The notes under the pieces are model-generated. The model did not search any database and had not been told where the DNA came from. It worked only from the letters and a program-made list of their open reading frames with translations. DNA of 64,000 bases from Acidobacteriota bacterium (GTDB lineage: Bacteria; Acidobacteriota; Thermoanaerobaculia; UBA5066; Gp7-AA6), in the NCBI GenBank assembly GCA_050257975.1, contig JBLMXY010000058.1, positions 10,274-74,273 on the forward strand, in the 5' to 3' direction. The position numbers were made by a program, and so were the translations under genes. Positions 1 through 8,656 of the stretch are shown here, piece after piece; the first letter of the stretch is position 1; the number at the start of each line of letters is the position of its first letter.

Positions 1-1218
1 CAGGACCGTGGCGCCGAGGTAGGTCTCGCTTCTCTCGACCCTCAGATTGAGCGAGTCCACGTCGAAATTCTTCGTCAGGAAGGCGCGGGAGAGGACCTCG
101 CGGGTCGAGGTCAGTGAAAACGACCGCTCGAAGTCCTGAAAGTACTCGGCGTCGGAATAGTCGTGGATCGAGACGACGCCGCGCATTCCCCAGGGCAGGT
201 CCTCCGAGGCGTGGTCGAGCCGGATCTTCCAGCGATTGCGGGTACGAGTCGTGAGCACGCCCGGTTGTCCGCTGGGAAGCGTGCAGAAGGCTCCGGTCTC
301 CCCTTCCGAGAGGGGAACGCAGGTCGTCGCCTCCGTGTCGCGGGCGAAGTAGCCCTGGAAGATCCCGGCGGACTCCCGCGAAGGGACCCACCGGAACTCC
401 TCGCCCAGGCCAACGGTCCCCTTGGAGAAGAGGTCGACCTGTGTCGTGAGATCCGTGGACTGGCCCGTCACCCAGTAGTGGGTCAGCCCCAGATAGGCGC
501 CACGCCTTTGCGTCAGGCCGATCCCGGGCACCAGCATCCCCGAGACGCGCCCCTCCTTCGTCGGCCAGATCAGGTAGGGAGAGTAGAGGAGCGGAACCTC
601 CCGCGCGCGGAAGTTGACGTCGCGCATCCGGGCATAGTCGTCGAGCGTGACGGTCGCCTCGGACATGCGGAACGACCAGTCGGGGCGCGGCACGTTGCAG
701 GCGGTGAAGAGCCCGTGGTGGACGCGGTAGGTCGCTTCGCCGATCTTGTCGATCGAATCCGCCACGATGTGGTAGCTCGGCGGCAGGTTCGCCGTGGCGG
801 CTTCGATCGTGCCGGTCTTGGATTCCAGGTCGAAGACGGCGCGCTCTCCGGCCAGGCGCGTGGGCCCCTGGTCGATGACCACGTGCCCCTCGAGGGTCGC
901 GGTCTTCGACGCGAAGTCGTAGCGCGCCCGGTCCGCGGCGATCTTGACGTCCTGGTACTCGATCCGGACTTCCTCGCTGCCTTCCCAGAAGACGTCCTTC
1001 TCGTAGTGGACGGGGTTCTTCGTGTAGAGCCGGACCTCTCCCCCCTTCTCCGGAGGGCGAAACTTGATCTGGAAGTTGACCCGGGTGCGGAAGCGGGACT
1101 CGAAGGGATCGGGTTGATCGACGCTCTGCTGGGCGAGAACGCGCGGGGCGAGAAGGAAGAGGGCCAGAAGAAGACGCGGGTCGGTGGGCGCAAAACGGCG
1201 GATCGTGTCGCGTCTCAC
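1..1218 (-). CDS. lptD: LPS-assembly outer-membrane protein LptD (OstA-like N-domain + LptD barrel); C-terminus lies beyond the window start
   Basis: Not in the ORF track because it runs off the window edge. Manual minus-strand translation from GTG at 1218-1216 gives VRRDTIRRFAPTDPRLLLALFLLAPRVLAQQ (signal-like). This is followed by an OstA-type stretch VRIEYQDVKIAADRARYDFASKTATLEGHVVIDQGPTRLAGERAVFDLESKTGT and the LptD-typical HHGLFTACNVPRPDWSFRMSEATVTLDDYARMRDVNFRAREVPLLYSPYLIWP. The frame stays open to position 1. Confidence 0.7.
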   Translation of the reverse strand, partial: MRRDTIRRFAPTDPRLLLALFLLAPRVLAQQSVDQPDPFESRFRTRVNFQIKFRPPEKGGEVRLYTKNPVHYEKDVFWEGSEEVRIEYQDVKIAADRARYDFASKTATLEGHVVIDQGPTRLAGERAVFDLESKTGTIEAATANLPPSYHIVADSIDKIGEATYRVHHGLFTACNVPRPDWSFRMSEATVTLDDYARMRDVNFRAREVPLLYSPYLIWPTKEGRVSGMLVPGIGLTQRRGAYLGLTHYWVTGQSTDLTTQVDLFSKGTVGLGEEFRWVPSRESAGIFQGYFARDTEATTCVPLSEGETGAFCTLPSGQPGVLTTRTRNRWKIRLDHASEDLPWGMRGVVSIHDYSDAEYFQDFERSFSLTSTREVLSRAFLTKNFDVDSLNLRVERSETYLGATVL

Positions 1219-1256
1219 CGAGCACCTATGACCTGGGCCCTACCACCTCTTGCTCC

Positions 1257-1916
1257 TCAAATCTCCATCGTCCGCAGGGCCGGCGACACCCGGAAGGCCG
1301 CCTCCGTCTTCGCGCGAACTTCTTCGACGCCGACCCCGGGCGCCGTCTCCACGAGATCGAGGCCCTGCCCCCCGGGCAGAACGTCGAAGACGCAGAGATC
1401 CGTGATGATCCGGTGGACGCAGCGACGGCCCGTCAGGGGCAGCGTGCAGCGCTTGAGCACCTTGGAGGCTCCGGCCCGGTTGGTGTGCTCCATCGTCACG
1501 ACGAGCCGGCGGGCGCCCGCGACCAGGTCCATGGCGCCGCCCATGCCCTTGACCATCTTGCCGGGGATCATGTAGTTGGCGATCGACCCCTCCTCGTCCA
1601 CCTCCATCGCGCCCAGGACCGAGAGGTCGACATGCCCTCCCCGGATCATGACGAAGGAGTCCGCCGAGGAGAAATACGAAGCGCCCGGCCTCACCGTCAC
1701 GGTTTCCTTGCCGGCATTGATCAGGTCCGCGTCGAGCTCGGCTTCGGTCGGATAGGGGCCCAGCCCGAGGATGCCGTTTTCCGACTGGAGGACGACTTCC
1801 ATGCCGGCGGGGATGTGGTTGGCGATCTGCGTCGGCATTCCGATGCCGAGGTTCACCGTGTAGCCGTCGCGCAGCTCCTTGACCGCCCTCCGGATGATCC
1901 CCTCGCGGTCGAGCAT
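1257..1916 (-). CDS. scoB: 3-oxoacid CoA-transferase, subunit B
   Basis: ORF 1257..2003 trimmed to the ATG at 1916 ([15 protein letters not shown]...). Family-typical [10 protein letters not shown] and [17 protein letters not shown] motifs. The start overlaps the scoA stop (TAATG). Confidence 0.9.
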   Translation of the reverse strand: MLDREGIIRRAVKELRDGYTVNLGIGMPTQIANHIPAGMEVVLQSENGILGLGPYPTEAELDADLINAGKETVTVRPGASYFSSADSFVMIRGGHVDLSVLGAMEVDEEGSIANYMIPGKMVKGMGGAMDLVAGARRLVVTMEHTNRAGASKVLKRCTLPLTGRRCVHRIITDLCVFDVLPGGQGLDLVETAPGVGVEEVRAKTEAAFRVSPALRTMEI

Positions 1917-2608
1917 TACTTGCGGACCGTCCGTCTCTCGATGCGCTTCTCGCGCGGCGCGACGACGACCCGGTTCACGAAGACTCCGGGAGTGTGGATG
2001 CACTCGGGGTCCAGATCGCCCGCCTCGACGAGCTGCTCGACCTCCGCGATCGAGATCTTCCCCGCCGTCGCGGCCAGCGGATTGAAGTTGCGCGCCGCCT
2101 TACGGTAGACGAGGTTCCCGAGACGGTCGGCTTTCCAGGCGGCGACCATCGAGAAGTCACCGACGATCCCGCGCTCGAGCACGAAGTCCCGGCCGTCGAA
2201 CTCCTTGATCTCCTTGCCCTGGGCGACCAGGGTCCCGACCCCCGTGGGGGTGTAGAAGCCCGGAATGCCGGCCCCGCCGGCGCGCATGCGCTCGGCGAGC
2301 GTGCCCTGCGGAACCAGCTCCACCTCGAGCTCGCCCGAGAGGAACTGCCGTTCGAACTCGGCGTTCTCTCCGACGTAGGAAGAGACCATTTTCCGGATCT
2401 GGCGCGTGCGCAGGAGAAGGCCCAGACCCCAGTCGTCCACGCCGCAGTTGTTCGAGACGACCGTGAGCCCCTTGACGCCGCGGCGAACGAGGGCCGCGAT
2501 CAGGTTCTCGGGGATCCCGCAGAGACCGAATCCTCCCACGACGAGCGTCGCGCCGTCGGCCACGTCGGCCACGGCCGCGTCGGCGCCCGCGACGACCTTG
2601 TTGATCAT
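1916..2608 (-). CDS. scoA: 3-oxoacid CoA-transferase, subunit A
   Basis: C-terminal 230 aa of ORF 1916..3424, starting at ATG 2608 ([37 protein letters not shown]...). The upstream part of that ORF is Arg-rich artefact overlapping the thiolase gene. Confidence 0.9.
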   Translation of the reverse strand: MINKVVAGADAAVADVADGATLVVGGFGLCGIPENLIAALVRRGVKGLTVVSNNCGVDDWGLGLLLRTRQIRKMVSSYVGENAEFERQFLSGELEVELVPQGTLAERMRAGGAGIPGFYTPTGVGTLVAQGKEIKEFDGRDFVLERGIVGDFSMVAAWKADRLGNLVYRKAARNFNPLAATAGKISIAEVEQLVEAGDLDPECIHTPGVFVNRVVVAPREKRIERRTVRK

Positions 2609-2688
2609 CGCTTTGGATGATAAACCACCCGTCCGGCGGGGCGGCGGACTCGGCGTCCGCCGCGGCGATCCGCGGAACCCGGGACCGG

Positions 2689-3867
2689 CTACGCCGTCTC
2701 GACGAGCATCGCGGTCGCCTCGCCGCCGCCGATGCAAATCGCGGCGATGCCGCGCTTGCCCCCGCCGTGCCGCAACGCGTGGATCAGGGTCGTCAGAATC
2801 CGCGCGCCGGAGGCTCCGATCGGGTGGCCGAGCGCCACGGCGCCGCCGCGGACGTTGACGCGCGCGGGATCGAGAGACAGCTCGCGGATGGCCGCCATCG
2901 CGACCGCGGCGAATGCTTCGTTGATCTCCCAGAGGTCGATGTCGGAGACCGCGAGACCGGTCTTCTCCAGAAGCTTTCGAATCGCGCCGACCGGCGCGGT
3001 CGTGAACCACTCGGGCGCCTGCGCCACGCCCGTGTAGGCGAGGATGCGCGCAATGGGCGCGTGTCCCTTCTGGCGGGCCCGCTCCTCCGTCGAGACGACG
3101 AGGGCCGCCGCCCCGTCGTTGATCTTCGAGGAGTTGGCGGCGGTCACCGATCCGTCCTTCTGGAAGGCCGGCTTCAGGGTCGGCATCTTGTCGAGGGGAG
3201 CCGCGAAGGGCTCCTCGTCCTTGTCGATCTTCTCGGCGTCGCCTTTCTTGCGCGGGACTTCCACGGAAACGATCTCCTGCCCCGAAAGGCAGCGGCTCGA
3301 GGCGTCCTGGGCGCGCCGGTACGACTCCAGGGCGAAGGCGTCCTGCTCCTCGCGCGTGAACTTGTACTTTCCGACGCACAGCTCGGCGCAGTTGCCCATG
3401 TGGACGTCCTTGTAGGGGTCCCACAGCCCGTCCTTGATCATGGAGTCGATCAGCTGGGCGTTGCCCATCCGGTAGCCCGTGCGGCCGCGATCAAGCAGGT
3501 AGGGGGCGTTGGACATCGACTCCATTCCCCCCGCGACCGCCATCTCGTACTCCCCCGCCTGGATCGCGTTGGCGACGTCCATGACGGCTCGCATGCCGGA
3601 GCCGCAGACCTTGTGGACCGTCACGCAGGGAACGCTGTCCGGGATTCCCGCCGCGAGGGCGGCCTGCCGGGCGGGGGCCTGCCCCTGCCCCGCCTGCAAA
3701 ACGTTGCCCATCACCACCTGCTCGATCTCGGGCGGCGCGGTGCCGGCTCGCTCGAGCGCTCCCCGGATGGCCGCCGCGCCGAGGGCGTGGGCGGGCAGGG
3801 AGGAAAGCTTTCCGAGGAAGGAACCGATCGGGGTGCGGGCGGCGGAGAGGACGACGATGTTCTTCAT
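2689..3867 (-). CDS. acetyl-CoA C-acetyltransferase (thiolase II)
   Basis: 392 aa, [21 protein letters not shown]..., active-site regions [12 protein letters not shown] and [21 protein letters not shown]...[13 protein letters not shown]. Head of a thiolase-scoAB operon. Confidence 0.92.
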   Translation of the reverse strand: MKNIVVLSAARTPIGSFLGKLSSLPAHALGAAAIRGALERAGTAPPEIEQVVMGNVLQAGQGQAPARQAALAAGIPDSVPCVTVHKVCGSGMRAVMDVANAIQAGEYEMAVAGGMESMSNAPYLLDRGRTGYRMGNAQLIDSMIKDGLWDPYKDVHMGNCAELCVGKYKFTREEQDAFALESYRRAQDASSRCLSGQEIVSVEVPRKKGDAEKIDKDEEPFAAPLDKMPTLKPAFQKDGSVTAANSSKINDGAAALVVSTEERARQKGHAPIARILAYTGVAQAPEWFTTAPVGAIRKLLEKTGLAVSDIDLWEINEAFAAVAMAAIRELSLDPARVNVRGGAVALGHPIGASGARILTTLIHALRHGGGKRGIAAICIGGGEATAMLVETA

Positions 3868-4051
3868 GACGTCCCGATTCTAACCCCCGGGCCCCCGGCC
3901 GTCTTCCCCGTGCCCGCCCGGCGGGGAAATTGGGCCGGGCCCAGCGCGCGGCCCGGGCAATCCCTTTCCCGTCTTCACCTTGCGCGGACCCCGCCCCGGC
4001 CCGACGGATCCCCGCTTTGCGCCCGGCCGGACCGCCGCTACTCTGTTGCCG

Positions 4052-4456
4052 ATGCGCATTCTGGCGGTCGACTTCGGAGAGAAGCGAATCGGGCTCGCGA
4101 CCTCGGACGCCTCGGGTCAGATCGCAACCCCGCGCCGCACCCTCCGGCGGCGCGATGACGCCACGGCGGCGGAAGAGATCGCTCGGTTCTGCCGGGAGGA
4201 GGAGGTCGAGGCGGTCGTCTTCGGCCTGCCCCGCTCGCCCGAAGGCGTCGAGTCGCCCTTTGCGGCCCGGATCCGCTCCTTCGCGCGAAAGTTCGGGTCC
4301 CGGAGCAGCCTGCCCGTCGAATTCCACGAGGAGACACTGACCTCGCGCGAGGCGGAAAGCCGCCTGCCCGCGGGCGCCTCCCCGGAGGAGGTGGATCGCG
4401 CCGCCGCCGCTCTCCTCCTCGAGGACTTCCTCCGGCACGGAAAGGCCCTGCGATGA
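4052..4456 (+). CDS. ruvX: Holliday-junction resolvase-like nuclease YqgF/RuvX
   Basis: ORF 3980..4456 trimmed to ATG 4052 (MRILAVDFGEKRIGLATSD...VVFGLPRSPEG...). The stop overlaps the mltG start (ATGA). Confidence 0.85.
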   Translation: MRILAVDFGEKRIGLATSDASGQIATPRRTLRRRDDATAAEEIARFCREEEVEAVVFGLPRSPEGVESPFAARIRSFARKFGSRSSLPVEFHEETLTSREAESRLPAGASPEEVDRAAAALLLEDFLRHGKALR

Positions 4457-5517
4457 GCGCCGGCAAGCGGCTCGCGCGCCTGGTGCTGCTGCTCGTGCTT
4501 CTCGCCATTGCCGTGGCGCTCTGGTTCGCCAACCAGCTCCAGCGCCCGGAGGCGGTCCCCGGCCCTCCCGCGCAGGTCCTGCTCTACTTTCCTCCGGGCA
4601 CGCCGACCAGCGAGATCTTTCGGCGCCTGGCGGCCGAAGGCGTCATCGGCAACGCTCGCCTGGCCGAGATCTACTACCGGGTTCGCGCGGGCGCGACACC
4701 CCTCCAGGCCGGCGAGTACCGGTTCGATCGTCCGATGTCCATCGACGAGATCATCCGGCGAATGGGCCAGGGGGACGTCGTCCAGCACAAGATCGTCGTC
4801 CCGGAAGGCCTTACCTCGGAGGAGACCTTTCGCCTCTTCCTCGACCAGGGTATCGGCACGCCCGAGGCTTTTCGCCGGGCGCTGGCCGATACCTCCCTTC
4901 TGCCCGGGCTCGCGCAGGGGGCGCCCGACCTGGAGGGCTTTCTCTTCCCCGACACGTACCGGGTGACCAAGTCGACCTCCGCGCGGCACGTCGTCGAGCG
5001 GATGGCCTGGCAGTTCCGGGAGCACTTCGCGCCGCAGTTGCGGGAGCGCGCTCGGGCCCTGGGCCTGACGCCGCGGCAGGCGGTGACGCTCGCGTCGATC
5101 GTCGAGAAGGAGACGTGGCTGCCCCGCGAAGCGCCCGTGGTGGCCGGCGTCTACTTGAACCGCCTCGACCGCGGGATGCGGCTGCAGGCCGACCCGACCG
5201 TCATGTACGCGTTGAAGCGCGACGGCCGGTGGACGGGCCTCCTGCACCGATCGGACTACAACTACGAATCGCCCTACAACACCTACCTCTACGCCGGGCT
5301 CCCGCCGGGTCCGATCTGCAACCCGGGTCTGGCGGCGCTGACCGCGGCCGTGACGCCCTCGCGAACCGAGTTTCTGTACTTCGTCGCCGACGCCAGCGGC
5401 GGACACACGTTCTCCCGGACGTTCGAGCAGCACCTCCAGGCGATCGCCACGAATCGCCGGCAGCGCGCGGAGGCGGCCGCCGCCGGCGAGGAAACCCCGG
5501 TCCCGTCGGCCAATTGA
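4453..5517 (+). CDS. mltG: endolytic murein transglycosylase MltG (YceG family)
   Basis: N-terminal TM helix (LVLLLVLLAIAVALWF). YceG motifs PEGLTSEE, ASIVEKE, VYLNRLDRGMRLQADPTVMY, YNTYLYAGLPPGPICNPG. Confidence 0.9.
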   Translation: MSAGKRLARLVLLLVLLAIAVALWFANQLQRPEAVPGPPAQVLLYFPPGTPTSEIFRRLAAEGVIGNARLAEIYYRVRAGATPLQAGEYRFDRPMSIDEIIRRMGQGDVVQHKIVVPEGLTSEETFRLFLDQGIGTPEAFRRALADTSLLPGLAQGAPDLEGFLFPDTYRVTKSTSARHVVERMAWQFREHFAPQLRERARALGLTPRQAVTLASIVEKETWLPREAPVVAGVYLNRLDRGMRLQADPTVMYALKRDGRWTGLLHRSDYNYESPYNTYLYAGLPPGPICNPGLAALTAAVTPSRTEFLYFVADASGGHTFSRTFEQHLQAIATNRRQRAEAAAAGEETPVPSAN

Positions 5518-5626
5518 CGGGCCCCACCCGTTGCGGCCTTGACCGCAGCCCCTCCGGGACCGACAATCAGGGAGACTTCCAGGGAGTTCGAAATTTGAAC
5601 GCTTCTGCCAGGGCGTCTTCCGGCCC

Positions 5627-7390
5627 ATGCCCGTAGACGAGGCGCTGCCGCGCCGCTTCGGCTCGTACATCCTCACCGCAAGCCTCGGCGAGGACGCGCT
5701 CGGGCGCGTCTTCCGGGCGCTGCGAAGCGCTCCGGAGCGGGGCTTCGTCCGTCTGCGGATCCTGGAGTCTCCGGAGATCTCGGAGGACGCGGTCATCGAC
5801 GCGATCCAGGAGAACGGGGAGATTCATTCCTTCCTGAAGAACCCGGCGATCGCGCGCGGCGTCCAGATGGACTCGGTCGAGGGAGTCCCCTTCCTCGCCT
5901 GGAACGAAGAGAGCGGCCGCACGCTGGACGCGCTGCTGGCCAGGGCCCCGACCCTGCAGGGGCGAATCCCGCTCGAGCACTCGTTGCTGATCGCCGAGAA
6001 GATCGCCACGGCCCTGGACCACGCCTACAACACGACGATCGAGGGAGAGCGCACGCTGCACGGGCTGGTATGGCCGGGCTTCGTTTCGCTGACCGACGAC
6101 GGCGAAACGTGCCTGACGGGGTTCGGCCTCGCGCCCGGGCTGCTCGCTTCGCGCGGCCGGCCGCGGTTTGCCAGGGAGATCGCGCCGTATCTGGCGCCCG
6201 AGGAGCGGGCCGAGGGAAAGATCGGCAAGAATTCCGACGTCTACTCGGTCGGCGTCATTCTCTTCGAGCTGCTGACCGGTCGCCTTCCCGCGCCCGGCGG
6301 TCCCGTCGCCGACCTTTTTTCCGTCGCGCGAGGCCCCTCTCCGCTGCCTCCGGAAGTCACGGCGGTGCTCAAGATGTGCCTTTCCGACGCGGCCTCGCGC
6401 TATCAATCGACCGGCGAGCTGCGGCGGGAGCTGGGCAAGCTGCTCTTCTCGGGACCGTATTCGCCATCGACGTTCAACCTCGCCTACTTCCTGAACAATC
6501 TCTTCGCTCCCGAGATCGAGGCGGAGACGCGGGCCCGGGAAAAGGAAGCGGCGCTCGAACTCTCGGCGTTCCCGGAGGCTCCGGCCGCCCCAGCGGCGCC
6601 CGGGCACGAGGCCGCACCGCTCCGGCCGCAGCCTCCCCGAGCCGCGCCGCCATCCAGGGGCCCGACTCCCACGACGGCGCCGAAGTTCCTCGCCGAACCG
6701 GAGACACGCCGGAAAGCGCCGGTGGCGGTCATCGGGGGCGTTCTGCTGGCCGCAGCGGCGGCGGGAACGTGGCTCGTGATTTCGAGGCGCCAGCCTCCGC
6801 CCCCGCCCGCCATTCCCACTCCGCAGCCGACCGCCGTCGTCGTCCCGACCGCCGTTCCGCAGTCCGGTCCCTCCACGGCCGCGATGAACGCCGTCGAGTT
6901 CAAGGAGGAGGTGTCGCGGCGGGTCTCCGAGGAGATGAAGAAGCTCGAAGAGGAGGCGCAGCGTCAGAAAGAGGCCGCCGAGGCCGAAAGGCTCGCCGTG
7001 CTCGCCACCACGGCGACGGCGGTCGCCGCCGCCTCGCCGACGCCGCTGCCGACCGTCGTCGTCGTGGCGCAGCTGCCCGAGCCGACGAGCCCCCCGCCGC
7101 CGACGGCCACGCCGGTGCCGGCGCACGAGATTCCTCCGGCCATCCTGAAGGTCGTCAAGCCTCTCTACCCTCCCGTCGCGCTGCAGGCCCGCGTGGGCGG
7201 CCTCGTGATCCTGAGGGTGCTCGTGTCCGAGACGGGCGAGCCCCTCGACATCGAGGTCGTGCGGCCCGGCAAGGCGGGGCTGACGGAGGCGGCGGTCGCC
7301 GCCGTCAAGAAATGGACCTTCACGCCAGCGCGCAAGGGCGACGCCCCCGTCCGCGCCTGGACGACCGTTCCGATTCCCTTCCAGCCCTGA
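5627..7390 (+). CDS. protein-kinase-like (probably catalytically dead) domain - Pro-rich linker - TM helix - TonB C-terminal domain fusion
   Basis: The N-terminal ~270 aa has the kinase C-lobe signature (APEERAEGKIGKNSDVYSVGVILFELLTGRLP). However, HRDLKP is replaced by LHGLVWPGF, DFG by GFG, and the Gly-loop is degenerate. A TM helix follows (VAVIGGVLLAAAAAGTWLVI). The C-terminal ~85 aa is TonB_C-like (PPAILKVVKPLYPPVALQARVGGLVILRVLVSETGEPLDIEVVRPGKAGLTEAAVAAVKKWTFTPA). Confidence 0.7.
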   Translation: MPVDEALPRRFGSYILTASLGEDALGRVFRALRSAPERGFVRLRILESPEISEDAVIDAIQENGEIHSFLKNPAIARGVQMDSVEGVPFLAWNEESGRTLDALLARAPTLQGRIPLEHSLLIAEKIATALDHAYNTTIEGERTLHGLVWPGFVSLTDDGETCLTGFGLAPGLLASRGRPRFAREIAPYLAPEERAEGKIGKNSDVYSVGVILFELLTGRLPAPGGPVADLFSVARGPSPLPPEVTAVLKMCLSDAASRYQSTGELRRELGKLLFSGPYSPSTFNLAYFLNNLFAPEIEAETRAREKEAALELSAFPEAPAAPAAPGHEAAPLRPQPPRAAPPSRGPTPTTAPKFLAEPETRRKAPVAVIGGVLLAAAAAGTWLVISRRQPPPPPAIPTPQPTAVVVPTAVPQSGPSTAAMNAVEFKEEVSRRVSEEMKKLEEEAQRQKEAAEAERLAVLATTATAVAAASPTPLPTVVVVAQLPEPTSPPPPTATPVPAHEIPPAILKVVKPLYPPVALQARVGGLVILRVLVSETGEPLDIEVVRPGKAGLTEAAVAAVKKWTFTPARKGDAPVRAWTTVPIPFQP

Positions 7391-7391
7391 G

Positions 7392-7451
7392 CAGGGGTCA
7401 AGATTCAGGGGTCAGGGGTCAGAGAGGCGCCCCTCGGACACCGGACGCCGG
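7392..7451. repeat. tandem heptanucleotide repeats between convergent gene ends: CAGGGGT-type units followed by GGACRCC units
   Basis: Read directly: CAGGGGT CAAGATT CAGGGGT CAGGGGT CAGAGAG ... GGACACC GGACGCC GG. The array starts 2 nt after the stop codon at 7388-7390. Confidence 0.75.
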
Positions 7452-7455
7452 CCCG

Positions 7456-8604
7456 TTACTTCTTCGCGTAATCGATCGTCCTGATCTTCGGAAAGAGCGT
7501 GCGCAGGTAGTCTTCCATCACCTTGTCCTCGAGCCAGGTGATCTCCGTCCCGTCCACGAAGTACGTGGGGGTCGAGTTGACGCCGAGGCGGTAGCCCTCC
7601 TCCATGTCGCGGGCCACGCGCGCGAAGCTGTCGTCGCGAAGATAGCAGGACAGGAAGTCCGCGGAGCTGACTCCCTCGGCCTCGGCCGTGGTCACGGCGA
7701 GCTGGTCGATGCCGCCGACCGTCATGGACTCCTGCCCGTTGTAAACCAGCTGCTTGAACCGGAACATGGGGGCGGCGCCCGCGAAGCGGAAGATGCAGTC
7801 GGCGGCGGAGGCGGCCTTCATGGCCCAGACGTGGGCCAGCCAGAGGGGAAAGAACTTGTAGTGCCTTCGCGCGGAAACGACGCCCGCGTTGGCCTCCAGG
7901 AGCCTGTCCATCTGCTGGCCGCGAAACTTGCAGTATCCGCATTCCATGTCCGCGTACTCGACGATGTTGACCCGCGCGTCCGCGGGACCCGAGACCCGCC
8001 CGGCCGATAAGTCGATCATGCGGCGCCGCTCGGCCCGGGGGTCTTCGGCGTAGTCGAAGAGCGTGCCCTGCAGAAAGGCGCGGCCGTCGGGCGTCACGTA
8101 GCCGGACAAGCGCACCCTCCCGTATCCCGTCTGGCAGGAGACCAGCACGCCCTTGAGCCCGGCCTTGTCGCGCTCGGGCGCCAGGGCGGCGATCGCCGGC
8201 GTGTGGAAGAGGTTGGTCAGGTAGGTCGTGAGCCAGCCCAGGTCGTCGCTCGTGCGCACCGGCCTCGGATCCCGGTTTGGAAGCGTATCCCCGCCGAAGA
8301 ACCACTTCCCGTCCTCCGAAACGAAGACGACCCGGTCGCCGTTCAACTTGGCGTAGCGCCCCGTCCGGTGCGCCTTGTACGCGTGGTAGCCGGGCACGCT
8401 CTTCTCGTTGGTCCTCGAGATCGTCAGACGCGTCTCCGGATCGAACGGCAGGTACTTCAGCAGGTAGGCCTCGAGCGCCTTGTCCGCCGCGTTGGCGGGC
8501 GCCGCGGCGGGCGCCCTGGCCGGCGGCGGGGCGGGAGTCTGCCCCGCGGCGTGCATGCCCGAAAGCAGGGCGCAGAGTCCGAGAACCGTCGTTCGACTTT
8601 TCAT
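7456..8604 (-). CDS. secreted DsbA-family thioredoxin-fold protein (CxxC = CGYC) with N-terminal extra domain
   Basis: Signal peptide MKSRTTVLGLCALLSGMHAAGQ. Thioredoxin motif VEYADMECGYCKF. C-terminal GVNSTPTYFVDG typical of the DsbA family. Confidence 0.75.
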   Translation of the reverse strand: MKSRTTVLGLCALLSGMHAAGQTPAPPPARAPAAAPANAADKALEAYLLKYLPFDPETRLTISRTNEKSVPGYHAYKAHRTGRYAKLNGDRVVFVSEDGKWFFGGDTLPNRDPRPVRTSDDLGWLTTYLTNLFHTPAIAALAPERDKAGLKGVLVSCQTGYGRVRLSGYVTPDGRAFLQGTLFDYAEDPRAERRRMIDLSAGRVSGPADARVNIVEYADMECGYCKFRGQQMDRLLEANAGVVSARRHYKFFPLWLAHVWAMKAASAADCIFRFAGAAPMFRFKQLVYNGQESMTVGGIDQLAVTTAEAEGVSSADFLSCYLRDDSFARVARDMEEGYRLGVNSTPTYFVDGTEITWLEDKVMEDYLRTLFPKIRTIDYAKK

Positions 8605-8656
8605 TTCGCTCCTATTCTGACGAGGCCATGCGGCGGGTCCGCGCGCCTCGCGAAGT

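Noticed and set aside
163-1575. 470-aa plus-strand ORF and 570..1193 minus-strand ORF at the left edge
   Set aside because: Both are alternative frames or strands of the lptD region. Only the third minus frame gives LptD/OstA motifs and a signal peptide.
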